Shown in pieces: positions 17,447 to 53,621 of a DNA stretch of 64,000 nucleotides. Within the stretch, counting starts at the first letter, position 1. Every line of letters starts with the position of its first letter. The notes under the pieces were generated by a model. It was not told where the DNA came from. It did not search any database and worked only from the letters and a program-made list of their open reading frames with translations. The translations under genes and the position numbers were made by a program. The DNA comes from Euglena gracilis (taxonomy: Eukaryota): assembly GCA_039621445.1 (NCBI GenBank), contig CP154954.1:1364001-1428000 (forward strand), in the 5' to 3' direction.

Positions 17447-18190
17447 TCAGCTTTCGTTTCTCAGCGTCAGTATTGGCCTAGAAAAGTGCCTTCGCCATTG
17501 GTGTTCTTTCCAATCTCTACGCATTTCACCGCTACACTGGAAATTCCCTTCACCCCTACCATACTCAAGTCTAGCAGTTTTTAATGCCCTTCCAAAGTTA
17601 AGCTTTGACTTTTAACATTAAACACACTTGACCGCCTACAAACTCTTTACGCCCAATAATTCCGGATAACGCTCGCATCTCCCGTATTACCGCGGCTGCT
17701 GGCACGGAATTAGCCGATGCTTATTCCTCAAATACCGTCATTTCTTCTTCTTTGAGAAAAGAAGTTTACAACCCAAAGGCCGTCTTCCTTCACGCGGTAT
17801 TGCTCCGTCAGGCTTGCGCCCATTGCGGAAAATTCCTCACTGCTGCCTTCCGTAGAAGTCTGTTCCGTTCTCAATCCCAGTGTGGCTGATCATCCTCTCA
17901 AATCAGCTACTGATCGTCGCCTTGGTAAGCCTTTACCTCACCAACAAGCTAATCAGATGCAAGCTCATGCCTAGGCGAAATTCTCTTTAACTAGCTACTC
18001 ACATAGATCTAGTAAATTATGAGGCATTAGCAAACGTTTCCATCTGTTATTCCTCGCCCAAGCGCAGATTCTTACATATTACTCACCCGTCCGCCACTAA
18101 ATTACTATTGCTAGTAATTTCGTTCAACTTGCATGTGTTAAGCATACCGCCAGCGTTCACCCTGAGCAAGGATCAAACTCGTCATTTCCA
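16692..18190 (-). rRNA. rrn16: 16S rRNA (operon 1)
   Basis: GAGTTTGATCCTTGCTCAG, GTGCCAGCAGCCGCGGTAA and AAGTCGTAACAAGGTAGCC. Confidence 0.98.
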
Positions 18191-18271
18191 AAACATCAAA
18201 GTTGGTCAAATCCTCTCACCCTCTTGGTGACCAAGCAAGGGGCACATTTACTATAATGTGTACACTAAAAG

Positions 18272-18319
18272 CGCGCTTTGTAGGATTCGAACCTACTACA
18301 TCAGGTTTTGGAGACCTAC
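18272..18319 (-). pseudogene. Pseudo-tRNA-Trp(CCA), 3' part only
   Basis: TAGGT-CT-CCA-AA-ACCTG anticodon arm, T arm GTAGGTTCGAATCCTAC and 3' acceptor strand; D arm and 5' acceptor strand missing. Confidence 0.8.
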
Positions 18320-18348
18320 GCCTTAGGATTTTAAAGAAAAGAAATATT

Positions 18349-18421
18349 TGGCTAATACAAGGATTCAATCCACGACCCTACCCTTATCAAAGGTATTCTA
18401 TAATAATAAAAGATAATAGTG
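18349..18421 (-). pseudogene. Pseudo-tRNA-Ile(GAU)
   Basis: ATACCTTTGATAAGGGTAGGGTCG aligns with spacer trnI (ATACCCTTGATAAGGGTAAGGTCG); D and T arms are decayed. Confidence 0.78.
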
Positions 18422-18659
18422 ATCTTTGAAAAATAAAAAATTTTCCTTTTGATTTTTTTATTTTTTAAAATTTATACGGTATTTTAATTAAAAATAAAAA
18501 AATTGTCCCAGCCACACGTTAAAGTACGGAAAAATTTACACTAGGAATTAAGCTAAGTTATTTCTTGTGAATGAAAAGAATTCACAAGATCAGGGGTAAA
18601 AGCATAACACCTAAACTGTGCGCATGAGCATTTACGTATGAAAGTCTAGGAACCTTACC

Positions 18660-18869
18660 TTAATATTTTTCAATATCACAAAATATAGGGTACTCAGCAG
18701 CAATATAAGAAGTATAAAGACATTTTGGTCTCTTGTAGCATTTTATAAATATTCGTCCAAATCGACAATGAACGACACGCTTCTTACTAGCAAAAGATTT
18801 ACAACTAAAAAGCACACACATAACACAAAGAACCAAATACAAAGTAGCAATAACTATAATGTACAACAA
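18660..18869 (-). CDS. Hypothetical 69 aa ORF in the rDNA repeat (second copy 24578-24787)
   Basis: Open in both repeat copies, TTG start, hydrophobic N-terminus. No recognisable homology, and the conservation is explained by the repeat itself. Confidence 0.2.
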   Translation of the reverse strand: MLYIIVIATLYLVLCVMCVLFSCKSFASKKRVVHCRFGRIFIKCYKRPKCLYTSYIAAEYPIFCDIEKY

Positions 18870-19274
18870 AATAAAACTCTTATCAGAAGATTACCTAATA
18901 TTCTCACTATGATTCAACCTATCTTGTTGAATTTTGTGATTAATCTTTTATATTAGCGAAGAAACATAGTCATTTTCCAAACACTCGAGGATATTATTCA
19001 TATCGTTTAAAATTTTAAAAGAAAAATATTACGAAATTCACTGATTTCTATAAACAGATTGTCTTATTTTTTCCGAAGCATCATGTTTTGGCCAAAAAAA
19101 ATTCAAACTTAAAGGAAACGTGGTTTGACAAATTCCTTGGTTTAATTATACCACAATACATTTATCCATGCAATAAAACACTAACGTAACGGCAGTCATA
19201 AAAATTACTCGAAAATCGAGTTAATATTAATAAATAAACTCACTAAGAGACAATTAAATAAATTAAACTTCCCA

Positions 19275-19391
19275 TAAGGGCACTAAAATCTTTTCCCGGA
19301 AAGTAACCTTTCAAGTATCTATTTACCCTTTATGTTTAACTTGCAAGTTCGAAATGTTTTAAGTGGATCCATAAAGACAAGAGCACCCTAA
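19275..19391 (-). rRNA. rrn5: 5S rRNA (operon 2)
   Basis: Copy of 13354-13470 with 5 substitutions. Confidence 0.9.
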
Positions 19392-19465
19392 AATAAAAGT
19401 TCATTCAAGAAACTTTTAAATCTTAAAAAAGTGACAAGTAAAAATAAATGTTTTGTTTTCATATA

Positions 19466-19781
19466 GGAAAAAATTTTCGGTCGGTTAGTATATCTCGGCT
19501 AAAATTGTTACCAATTGTACACCTAATACCTATCAAACGGTTCGTCTTACCGTGACCTATGAAGAGTACTTATCTTAAGGTGGGCTTCCTACTTATATGC
19601 TTTCAGCAGTTATCCACTCCGCACTTGACTACCCAGCGTATTCTGTTGGCACAAAAACTGGTACATCAGTGGTGCGTCCTTCCCGGTCCTCTCGTACTAA
19701 GGAAAGCGCCTTTCAATACTCTAACGCTCACACCGGATATGGACCGAACTGTCTCTCGACGTTCTGAACCCAGCTCACGTA

Positions 19782-19816
<35 letters not shown>

Positions 19817-19833
19817 GTACTACCGCCCCAGGT

Positions 19834-19893
<60 letters not shown>

Positions 19894-20381
19894 CAGCCTG
19901 TTATCCCTAGAGTAACTTTTATCTGTTTACGACGGCCTTTCCATACAGCACCGTCGGGTCACTAAGACCGACTTTAGTCTCTGTTTGACTTATAAGTCTC
20001 ACAGTCAAGCTTTCTTATGCCTTTACACTCCACAACTAATTTCCGTCTAGCCTGAGAAAACCTTTGTACGCCTCCGTTACTTTTTAGGAGGCTACCGCCC
20101 CAGTAAAACTGCCCACCTGAAACTGTCAATTATCATGATTGTACATAAGATTAAGATTAGATTTCTAGCTTTCTCAGAGTGGTATCTCATTTTTCGGCTC
20201 CCCGTATCCCAAAAGACAAGATCATAGCCTCCCACCTATTCTGCGCAAAAAAAGCCCGAAACCAATTTCAGGATACAGTAAAGCTTCATAGGGTCTTTCT
20301 GTCCAAGTGCAAGTAGACCGCATCTTCACAGTCAATTCTATTTCACCGAGTCTCTTTCTGAGACAGTGTCCAAATCGTTAA

Positions 20382-20434
<53 letters not shown>

Positions 20435-22354
20435 AATTATAGTTATTGCCGCTGTTCACAGGGGCTTCAGTCACTAGCTTTGCTTACGCTAACCAATTTC
20501 TTTAACCTTCCTGCACTGAGCAGGCCTCGGCCCCCATACATCGTTTTTCAACTTCGCGGAGACCTGTGCTTTTGGTAAGCAGTCGCTTGGACCTCTTTTC
20601 TGCCACCTCATTAGAGGTACTTCTTCTTCCGAAGTTACGAAGTCATTTTGCCGAGTTCCTTAGAAAGAGTTATCTCGCGCTCCTTAGTATATTCTACTAA
20701 CCTACCTGTGTCAGTTTACGGTACAGGCGAGCTCACTATACATAAACAAAAGTTTTTCTTGGAAACATGACATCAATCACTTTCAATACCGTAGTATTTA
20801 TACTATTCAGGCCTTAAGACAAAATATTTTTTTTAATATTTGATACCTCTTGAACCCTTAAACCACAAACCATCACGTGGCCGATCTAGCCTTTTTCGTC
20901 ACTCCTTACAAGTGAGCATTCGGTACAGGAATATTAACCTGTCATCCATCAATTTACGTTGTTAAACCTTATTTTAGGACCTGACTAACCCTTAGAGGAC
21001 GAACCTGGCTAAGGAAACCTTAGGTTTTCGGAGCATAGGATTTTCACCAATGTTTTCGTTACTTAAGCCGACATTCTCACTTCTGTTTAATCCAGAACTA
21101 TTTTCACTATTCCTTCTCTTCAACACAGAACGCTCTTCTACCGATTTCTCTCACACCTTCGGCAAATTACTTAGTCCCGTTCATTTTCGGCGCACTATCA
21201 CTTGACCAGTAAGCTATTACGCACTTTTTAAAGGAATGGCTGCTTCTAAGCCAACCTCCTGGTTGTCTATGTAATAGTACATCCTTTACCACTTAGTAAT
21301 TATTTAGGGGCCTTAAGTAGTGATCTGGGCTGCTTCCCTCTTGACAATGAAGCTTATCCCCCACTGTCTCACTGATTAATTGAAATATAACTTAGTATTC
21401 AGAGTTTGCCACAACTTGGTACCATTTTCATAGCCCGCATCGAAACAGTGCTTTACCCCTAATGTTTACCATAATTAAACGCTGCGCCTCAACGCATTTC
21501 GAAGAGATCCAGCTAGCTCCAAGTTCGATTGGAATTTCTCCCCTAATCACAGTTCATCCCCCAATTTTTCAACATTGGTGGGTTCGGTCCTCCATTCTGT
21601 TTTACCAAAACTTCAACCTGACCATGATTAGATCACCTGGGTTCGGGTCTATAAGCAATGACATAAACTTTCAAGAAGAAAGTTTTTCGCTTTATTTAAG
21701 CTCGATTTCACTATGGCTCCGGAAAAACCTTAACCTTGCCATCACCTATAAGTCGCCGGCTCATTCTTCAACAGGCACACAGTCAATCTTTAAATAGATC
21801 TCCTACTGCTTGTAAACTTATGCTTTCATATTCTATTTCACTCACTTCTCAGTGTTCTATTTCAGCTTTCCCTCACGGTACTCGTACACTATCGGTCATT
21901 TAGGAGTATTTAGCCTTACGAGATGGTCCTCGCTGATTCACACAGAATTCCACGTGCTCTATGCTACTCGGGAAAATCAAAAATTACTTTTTAAAAACAA
22001 ATACGGGATTTAAAACCCTCTTTGATTTTGTTTTCAACAAATTCTCTATCTTTTTCAGTAATTATAATATACCCACAACACCCATAAAGGTTTAGGCTGA
22101 TTTCCGTTAGCTCGCCACTAATAAGAAAATCGCTTTTGCTTTCTTTTCCTTCGGCTACTAAGATGTTTCAGTTCACCAAGTTCTCTACATTATTTGTATA
22201 CCATTTCATTGTAATGTTAAAGTAATAGGTTGCCCCATTCGGGAATCTTTAGATTAAAGCTCGTCTTTAGCTCCCTAAAGCATATCGTTAATTTCTACGC
22301 CCTTCTTCGACTCTAAATGCCAAGCAATCCCGCATAAGCCCTTGTTCATTTGAA
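19466..22354 (-). rRNA. rrn23: 23S rRNA (operon 2)
   Basis: Near-identical copy of 13545-16433. Confidence 0.97.
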
Positions 22355-22372
22355 CCTACATCAAAACCTTTT

Positions 22373-22445
22373 TGGAGATAAGCGGACTCGAACCGCTGAC
22401 ATCTGCCTTGCAAAGGCAGCGCTCTACCAACTGAGCTATACCCCC
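22373..22445 (-). tRNA. trnA: tRNA-Ala(UGC)
   Basis: Same sequence as the first copy. Confidence 0.96.
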
Positions 22446-22454
22446 AAAACCAAG

Positions 22455-22528
22455 AGGGCCATGCTAGACTTGAACTAGCGACCTTACCCTTATCAAGGGT
22501 ATGCTCTAACCAACTGAGCTAATAGCCC
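22455..22528 (-). tRNA. trnI: tRNA-Ile(GAU)
   Basis: Same sequence as the first copy. Confidence 0.96.
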
Positions 22529-22611
22529 TCTTGGAAAAATAAGAGGTTTCCCTACTTATTTTTTTTATTTTTCATTGTTTCCAATCTATACATTTTTTTA
22601 GTTAAAAAACT

Positions 22612-22733
22612 AAAGGGAGTTGTTCCAGCCACACCTTCCAGTACGGCTACCTTGTTACGACTTCACCCCAGTCACCAGCCAGGCCTTAGGTATTTCCCTC
22701 TTTTCAGGCAAGATAATAACTTCGGGCACAGCC

Positions 22734-22771
<38 letters not shown>

Positions 22772-23027
22772 AGAACGTATTCACCGCCGTATAGCTGACC
22801 GGCGATTACTAGCGATTCCGGCTTCATGTAGGCGAGTTTCAGCCTACAATCCGAACTTAGGCTAAGTTTTAAGATTAGCTCATTTTCACAAAATTGCAAC
22901 TTATTGTCTTAACCATTGTAGCACGTGTGTAGCCCAGGATATAAGGGGCATGATGACTTGACGTCGTCCTCACCTTCCTCCGGTAATAACCAGCAGTATT
23001 TCTAAATGACAAGCGTTAATTAAAAAA

Positions 23028-23092
<65 letters not shown>

Positions 23093-23159
23093 CCACCTGT
23101 GTCTAGATACCCGAAGGTACTGCGTTCTTTCAAACTTCCTCTAGATCCTGTCAAATCCT

Positions 23160-23240
<81 letters not shown>

Positions 23241-23333
23241 CTTGTGCAAGCGTACTCCCCAGGCGGGATACTTAACGTGTTAACTACAGCAGTGCACTTT
23301 CAGCACCACTTAGTATCCATAGTTTACGGCCAA

Positions 23334-23365
<32 letters not shown>

Positions 23366-24109
23366 TCAGCTTTCGTTTCTCAGCGTCAGTATTGGCCTAG
23401 AAAAGTGCCTTCGCCATTGGTGTTCTTTCCAATCTCTACGCATTTCACCGCTACACTGGAAATTCCCTTCACCCCTACCATACTCAAGTCTAGCAGTTTT
23501 TAATGCCCTTCCAAAGTTAAGCTTTGACTTTTAACATTAAACACACTTGACCGCCTACAAACTCTTTACGCCCAATAATTCCGGATAACGCTCGCATCTC
23601 CCGTATTACCGCGGCTGCTGGCACGGAATTAGCCGATGCTTATTCCTCAAATACCGTCATTTCTTCTTCTTTGAGAAAAGAAGTTTACAACCCAAAGGCC
23701 GTCTTCCTTCACGCGGTATTGCTCCGTCAGGCTTGCGCCCATTGCGGAAAATTCCTCACTGCTGCCTTCCGTAGAAGTCTGTTCCGTTCTCAATCCCAGT
23801 GTGGCTGATCATCCTCTCAAATCAGCTACTGATCGTCGCCTTGGTAAGCCTTTACCTCACCAACAAGCTAATCAGATGCAAGCTCATGCCTAGGCGAAAT
23901 TCTCTTTAACTAGCTACTCACATAGATCTAGTAAATTATGAGGCATTAGCAAACGTTTCCATCTGTTATTCCTCACCCAAGCGCAGATTCTTACATATTA
24001 CTCACCCGTCCGCCACTAAATTACTATTGCTAGTAATTTCGTTCAACTTGCATGTGTTAAGCATACCGCCAGCGTTCACCCTGAGCAAGGATCAAACTCG
24101 TCATTTCCA
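22612..24109 (-). rRNA. rrn16: 16S rRNA (operon 2)
   Basis: Near-identical copy of 16692-18190. Confidence 0.98.
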
Positions 24110-24190
24110 AAACATCAAAGTTGGTCAAATCCTCTCACCCTCTTGGTGACCAAGCAAGGGGCACATTTACTATAATGTGCCCACTAAAAG

Positions 24191-24238
24191 CGCGCTTTGT
24201 AGGATTCGAACCTACTACATCAGGTTTTGGAGACCTAC
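24191..24238 (-). pseudogene. Pseudo-tRNA-Trp(CCA), 3' part only
   Basis: Copy of 18272-18319. Confidence 0.8.
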
Positions 24239-24267
24239 GCCTTAGGATTTTAAAGAAAAGAAATATT

Positions 24268-24340
24268 TGGCTAATACAAGGATTCAATCCACGACCCTAC
24301 CCTTATCAAAGGTATTCTATAATAATAAAAGATAATAGTG
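24268..24340 (-). pseudogene. Pseudo-tRNA-Ile(GAU)
   Basis: Copy of 18349-18421. Confidence 0.78.
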
Positions 24341-26212
24341 ATCTTTGAAAAATAAAAAATTTTCCTTTTGATTTTTTTATTTTTTAAAATTTATACGGTA
24401 TTTTAATTAAAAATAAAAAATTGTCCCAGCCACACGTTAAAGTACGGAAAAATTTACACTAGGAATTAAGCTAAGTTATTTCTTGTGAATGAAAAGAATT
24501 CACAAGATCAGGGATAAAAGCATAACACCTAAACTGTGCGCATGAGCATTTACGTATGAAAGTCTAGGAACCTTACCTTAATATTTTTCAATATCACAAA
24601 ATATAGGGTACTCAGCAGCAATATAAGAAGTATAAAGACATTTTGGTCTCTTGTAGCATTTTATAAATATTCGTCCAAATCGACAATGAACGACACGCTT
24701 CTTACTAGCAAAAAATTTACAACTAAAAAGCACACACATAACACAAAGAACCAAATACAAAGTAGCAATAACTATAATGTACAACAAATAAAACTCTTAT
24801 CAGAAGATTACCTAATATTCTCACTATGATTCAACCTATCTTGTTGAATTTTGTGATTAATCTTTTATATTAGCGAAGAAACATAGTCATTTTCCAAACA
24901 CTCGAGGATATTATTCATATCGTTTAAAAATTTAAAAAAAAAATATTAAAAATTATAACTGATTTCTTTATATAAACAATTTGTCTTATTTTTTTATGAA
25001 CATCATGTTTTAAGGCCAAAAAAAATTCAACTAAATTAAATAATTACATTTTTTAAAATTCCATAGTTCAATTTTCAAAAAACGAACTTACGTTTATTAA
25101 TCCGAAAAAAAATATAATAAACAAATAATAAAAACCAAAAAGAAAAACTCTTAAACACAAAAAAAATGCAATATTTCCCATTCATGTTAACTAAAAATCG
25201 AAATCTTTTTAATCCCCTTTGCCAATCGTAAATAAAAAAAGGCTTCCGTCGTTCTCGCTTAAAAAATCCCAGTGCATTGTTTTTCGTCCTCCCGTTTTAC
25301 TTCGTTGTCACTTCTTCACTCCTGTTTAACCTCTGCGCACTTATCCTATATTCTCAGCCCGCCTTTCCCCCACCTTCTTTACTTTTCTTCCACTCACTAA
25401 AGTTACTCAAATCACACCCTGTAAATTAGAAAAACAAAATCAACCTCCAAAACTCTCCACCTTAAATCGTCTTCCCGACTTGCTACTTAAAAAAAATCAA
25501 AATATTTAATTTGCACTTTCAGCCGCTCATTGTCAACCATAAGTTTTTGTTTTTACTCAATCATATCTTTTTCTCTTTTGTAGTTTTCTCTTAAAAGAAT
25601 CATATAATAAAAAAAATTACAAAACATCTTAGTTCTAATAACTTTATATTTACAATTTAATTTCCTCAAACGTCACACACTATAAAAGAAACGCACTACA
25701 AAAACACATGATCATCCCTTACCAAACTCAAACACCAAAAGCTTACCCCATAATAATAAATAAATAAAAAAAAATATAATAGTAAAAGTGTAGATATGCA
25801 AGATATTGTTTCGTTAACCTATAGGATTTCTTACGTTTACAATTTATTTATAATCGTTTGTTAAAAGTTGGAAATTTCAGATTTAAAATCTTTTTAGATT
25901 ATGATTTTTTATAAAGATGAATTTTTAGATTTATTGGTAAAAAGATATATTCTATAAAATTTTTAGATTAATAAAAGAGATAAGGGAAAAATTATAAATT
26001 TTTGTTTTGGATGATTTATTAAATAGTTTAATACTTTGGTAATTTAATGTGTTTTCAATTGATTTTAATATAAGGTGTTATAATCATAGCAAAAAGTTAA
26101 TTTTATAAAATTTGAATATTCTTTTTAATTGTTTTTATTTTTTGCTAAGTAGTCGTATAATGTTGGAGTATAATATACGATTTCGGATAAGAGTTTTTTA
26201 ATCTACTTTAAC

Positions 26213-47151
<20,939 letters not shown>

Positions 47152-47209
47152 ATTTTGTAATTTAAATATAAGTTAAAAATAATTTATATTTAATTTGTGT
47201 GTTTTAAAT

Positions 47210-47291
47210 GCCTTCGTGGTGAAATGGTAGACACTCATGACTTAAAATCATGTGCTTATAAAGCGTACCGGTTCAACTCCGGTCGAAGGTA
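47210..47291 (+). tRNA. trnL: tRNA-Leu(UAA), intronless
   Basis: Cloverleaf with long variable arm, CATGA-CT-TAA-AA-TCATG. Confidence 0.93.
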
Positions 47292-47377
47292 TATATAATA
47301 AAATATTTAATTTTTTATGTTATAATTTTATCAACAGTCGCGTTTGCGACTGGGAGATTAATTTAATTAATTTATTG

Positions 47378-50341
<2,964 letters not shown>

Positions 50342-52277
50342 TTTTATATGCTTGTTTTTATCTTTTTTACTAACAAGTATATTTTTTGTTTTGTTAATTA
50401 TTTTTTAGTAAGTAGATTTTTAATTAAATAATGTAACGTTTTTAATAATAAAAATCGAATTATTTGGTAAAAAGCTTTTTTTTAGATTGTTTTTCTTTTT
50501 TTGAAAATTATATTAAATTTCTTTCGATTTTAAAAATATTTAACCAATTGAAGTACATAATTTTTTTCTTATTTTATATTTTTTACTACTTCAGTTTTTT
50601 TAATTTCTTTTAAAATGAATTCGTATCAAGATTGATGATATTAGAAATTACCCTCAAAAATTGTTATGGTTTATTTTTATTTACTTTGTTGATATAAAAC
50701 ATATATGAAATAAAATTCATAAAAAACAGTAGTCAGAAGAATTTCTTTGATAAAAATTCTTATTATACAAATAAATATTTAACAATTAACTTAATTAATT
50801 TAAGTTATTTTATTATTGATCTTAAATTTAGTAATTTTTTTAGATTTCAAAAAATATTTTGTCAATTAGTTTTTAAGTAGATTTTTAAAATAAAATATTT
50901 AATAAAAACTCTTAAAATTAGAAGTTTAATGGACGAACTCTAATCTATTCAACTGACTTAACTAATGTTTGTAGTGTGTTGTTACACAATTCAAGTATTT
51001 GATTGAATTTAATAGATTCATATCTCACAATCTAAATAATCTCATTTATTTTTTGAGCAATTTGATAGTTATTAAAATTGAAGTTTAAAAGAATATAAAA
51101 TGCAGTATTCGTAAGAGCATCTATATTTTTTAACATCTTTTAGTTTTGTAACAAATAAAATTTATGCATGTTGTACTTCCATTAAAAACTTATTAAAACT
51201 CTAATACTCAGTCCTAGTACAGCGAATGTCCATGAACTCCAACAAATAACACAACTTACTATGAAACTAAATGTAAAAATTACAATTCTTGGATCGGTAT
51301 TTTAATATTGAAGGAAACTACTTTAGATAATTTTTCCAAGTATTCTTTTTTATGATTTCACTTAATGCTTCTGGATTTACGTTTGTAGCGATATTAATAA
51401 CTTTTTTTAATGCTTGCCTTTTTTACCAATAGGAGCTTGGTATACATACTTTTCTTGAATTTCTGGAAGATCCTAGTTAATTTTCTGTAGTTCATCCAGT
51501 GGCTTTTGATTTAAACTTGAATTACGTGAAATTAATTCTGTTAAAACCCTGATCTTAGAATTTGGAATAACAATAACGTAGAGAAGTGTCCAAAAAAGAA
51601 TTCATCCTATGGCAATCAATATTTTTCTAAATTTTCGGAAAAATCAAGAGATAAATGGCAAATAAGAGAGGATTTATTGAAATACGAAGTACCATAATTA
51701 GAAGAATTAGAAGTTTTTTTTACGAAAGAACAAACGAAATAGAATTTTTTGAACATATGTTATTATCTTAGGGTGTCTAAAAAGTTAATTAATTTTCCCA
51801 AATTTATTACAATAAAATATAACATTTAACAAAACGTTACATTAAAATTTTTATAGTATGTAAATTAGAAAACATATAAAACCGATATCATTTTTTTTGT
51901 ATATTCCCTTTTAAAGAATGTTTAACGCGTAAATAATTTACTACAAAACTACAAATTTTGTTAAAGTTGAAATCATTCCATTATTTGAGGTAAATAAAGA
52001 TTTTTATTAAAATTTACTTTTAATAATGAAATTATTATGTGTTCAGCTAAAAATTTTGTTTTAGTTTTTATGTTTGTTTAAAGAAAAAGAAGATACGTTA
52101 GGGAAGATTTTCTAAATGTTTCTAAATGTAAATTATTTTTTAATTAGCTTTTTTCTTACTCTCTTGTTTTATATTTTAAGGTCATTTATTTTTTTTGTAG
52201 AAGTTTCATAAATGTAAATTATTCCAGAATTTTAAGGAACTACTTGATCTAAATATTATCTTATTTTTTTTTCGGAT

Positions 52278-52349
52278 TGTCACAGATAGGATTCGAACCT
52301 ACACAAAACAACTTAGAAGGTTGATGCCCGTCCATTAGGCGACTGTGAC
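52278..52349 (-). tRNA. trnR: tRNA-Arg(UCU)
   Basis: GTCACAG..CTGTGACA acceptor stem, anticodon TCT, T loop GGTTCGAATCC. Confidence 0.9.
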
Positions 52350-52404
52350 TATATATATTTTAGTTTTTTAGATAAATTTATTACTAATAATAAATTTATA
52401 CTTT

Positions 52405-52533
<129 letters not shown>

Positions 52534-52562
52534 TTAAAATTTTTAGGTGCTATTAGATAAAA

Positions 52563-52771
52563 TTATAAATTTCCTTTACGAATGAAAATTATTCCTATAA
52601 TTAGTGGTCCAGTTAAAGTTATTAAAGTTAACGATCCTAATTGTATCAAAAGTTTTTTAGATTTATCATTAATCTTATATTAATAATATTATTTTAAATA
52701 TTTATGTATTTTAAAGTATTGTCCTAAACTATTACAGTATTTTCTACGATATTTTTCTCATCTGAATTCAT
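52563..52771 (-). CDS. ycf12: Psb30/Ycf12 with one ~107 nt group III intron
   Basis: MNS.|LLIQLGSLTLITLTGPLIIGIIFIRKGNL*. Confidence 0.88.
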
Positions 52772-52818
52772 GTTTTTATTTTTAATAATTTATATTTTTC
52801 ACTTAATTTTCTTTTTAA

Positions 52819-53304
52819 TTATCTAAATTTTACTGAAGCCTGCCATACAAATGCTAGTAGAAAGAATAAAACAGGTATAATAGGAAGGATTACAAATAGG
52901 AACTTTTTCTTAATCAAGATAAATTTTTATATTTGGAAATAAAATAAAAAAATTTTTTTACTTTAGATTGTATTAATTCGTTTATTTTAGAGTTTATTTT
53001 TTTAGACATTTATATTTTTACTGTAATATTTTTTATTTTATTCTCACTTTTATTTCATTTTTACTTTTATTTTTTATTTTTTTCTAATCTCAACATCAAT
53101 TAGTGGGTCGAATGGAGCATATTGTTCTGGTAATAAGCCAAAAAAGTGTTAGTGGTCGGATTTAATGTTTTTCCTGAATTTTAAAGCAAAATTATTATTA
53201 TTTTATTTTTTAATTTTTTTGTTTTTAGAGTTCTTATGTTAGTTCTTTTTAATCGCAAGTTAAAAAAATTGTTTAAAGTTATAAAAGACATTTTATTTTC
53301 CCAT
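52819..53304 (-). CDS. psbK: Photosystem II PsbK, 3 exons; second intron ~200 nt
   Basis: [36 protein letters not shown]. Start codon uncertain. Confidence 0.88.
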
Positions 53305-53386
53305 ATTTATTTTTGAGTTTGTTGTTTTGACAAAATAATTATAATGAGTAAAATTAAGTTCCTATCATTATTATATTAATAATGAT

Positions 53387-53458
53387 GCCTTTTTAGCTCA
53401 GTGGTAGAGCATTGTATTTGTAATGCGGTGGTCGTCGGTTCGAATCCGACAAAAGGCT
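53387..53458 (+). tRNA. trnT: tRNA-Thr(UGU)
   Basis: Cloverleaf, anticodon TGT. Confidence 0.93.
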
Positions 53459-53463
53459 TGTGT

Positions 53464-53535
53464 GCAGATGTAGCTCAGTGGTAGAGCGCAACCTTGCCAA
53501 GGTTGATGCCATGGGTTCGAGTCCCATTATCTGCT
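53464..53535 (+). tRNA. trnG: tRNA-Gly(GCC)
   Basis: Cloverleaf, CAACC-TT-GCC-AA-GGTTG. Confidence 0.95.
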
Positions 53536-53547
53536 TATAGATTTTAG

Positions 53548-53621
53548 GGCGGAGTAGAGCAGTCAGGTAGCTCGCAGGGCTCATAATCCTGAAGTCAGAG
53601 GTTCAAATCCTTTCTCCGCTA
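53548..53621 (+). tRNA. trnfM: tRNA-Met(CAU), initiator-like
   Basis: GTAGAGCAG..GGTAGCTCG D arm and CAGGG-CT-CAT-AA-TCCTG anticodon arm. Confidence 0.9.

Larger units (their letters stand above)
13330..24930 (-). repeat. Tandem direct repeat of the rRNA operon, unit ~5,920 bp, nearly two full copies
   Basis: Constant offset of 5921-5918 nt (5S 13354/19275; 16S 5' end 18190/24109). Confidence 0.97.

Noticed and set aside
18202-18429. 75 aa ORF (copy at 24121-24348)
   Set aside because: Antisense to the pseudo-tRNA leader.
47252-47377. Apparent N-terminal extension of D1 in the ORF track
   Set aside because: Overlaps trnL; the real start is the ATG at 47378.
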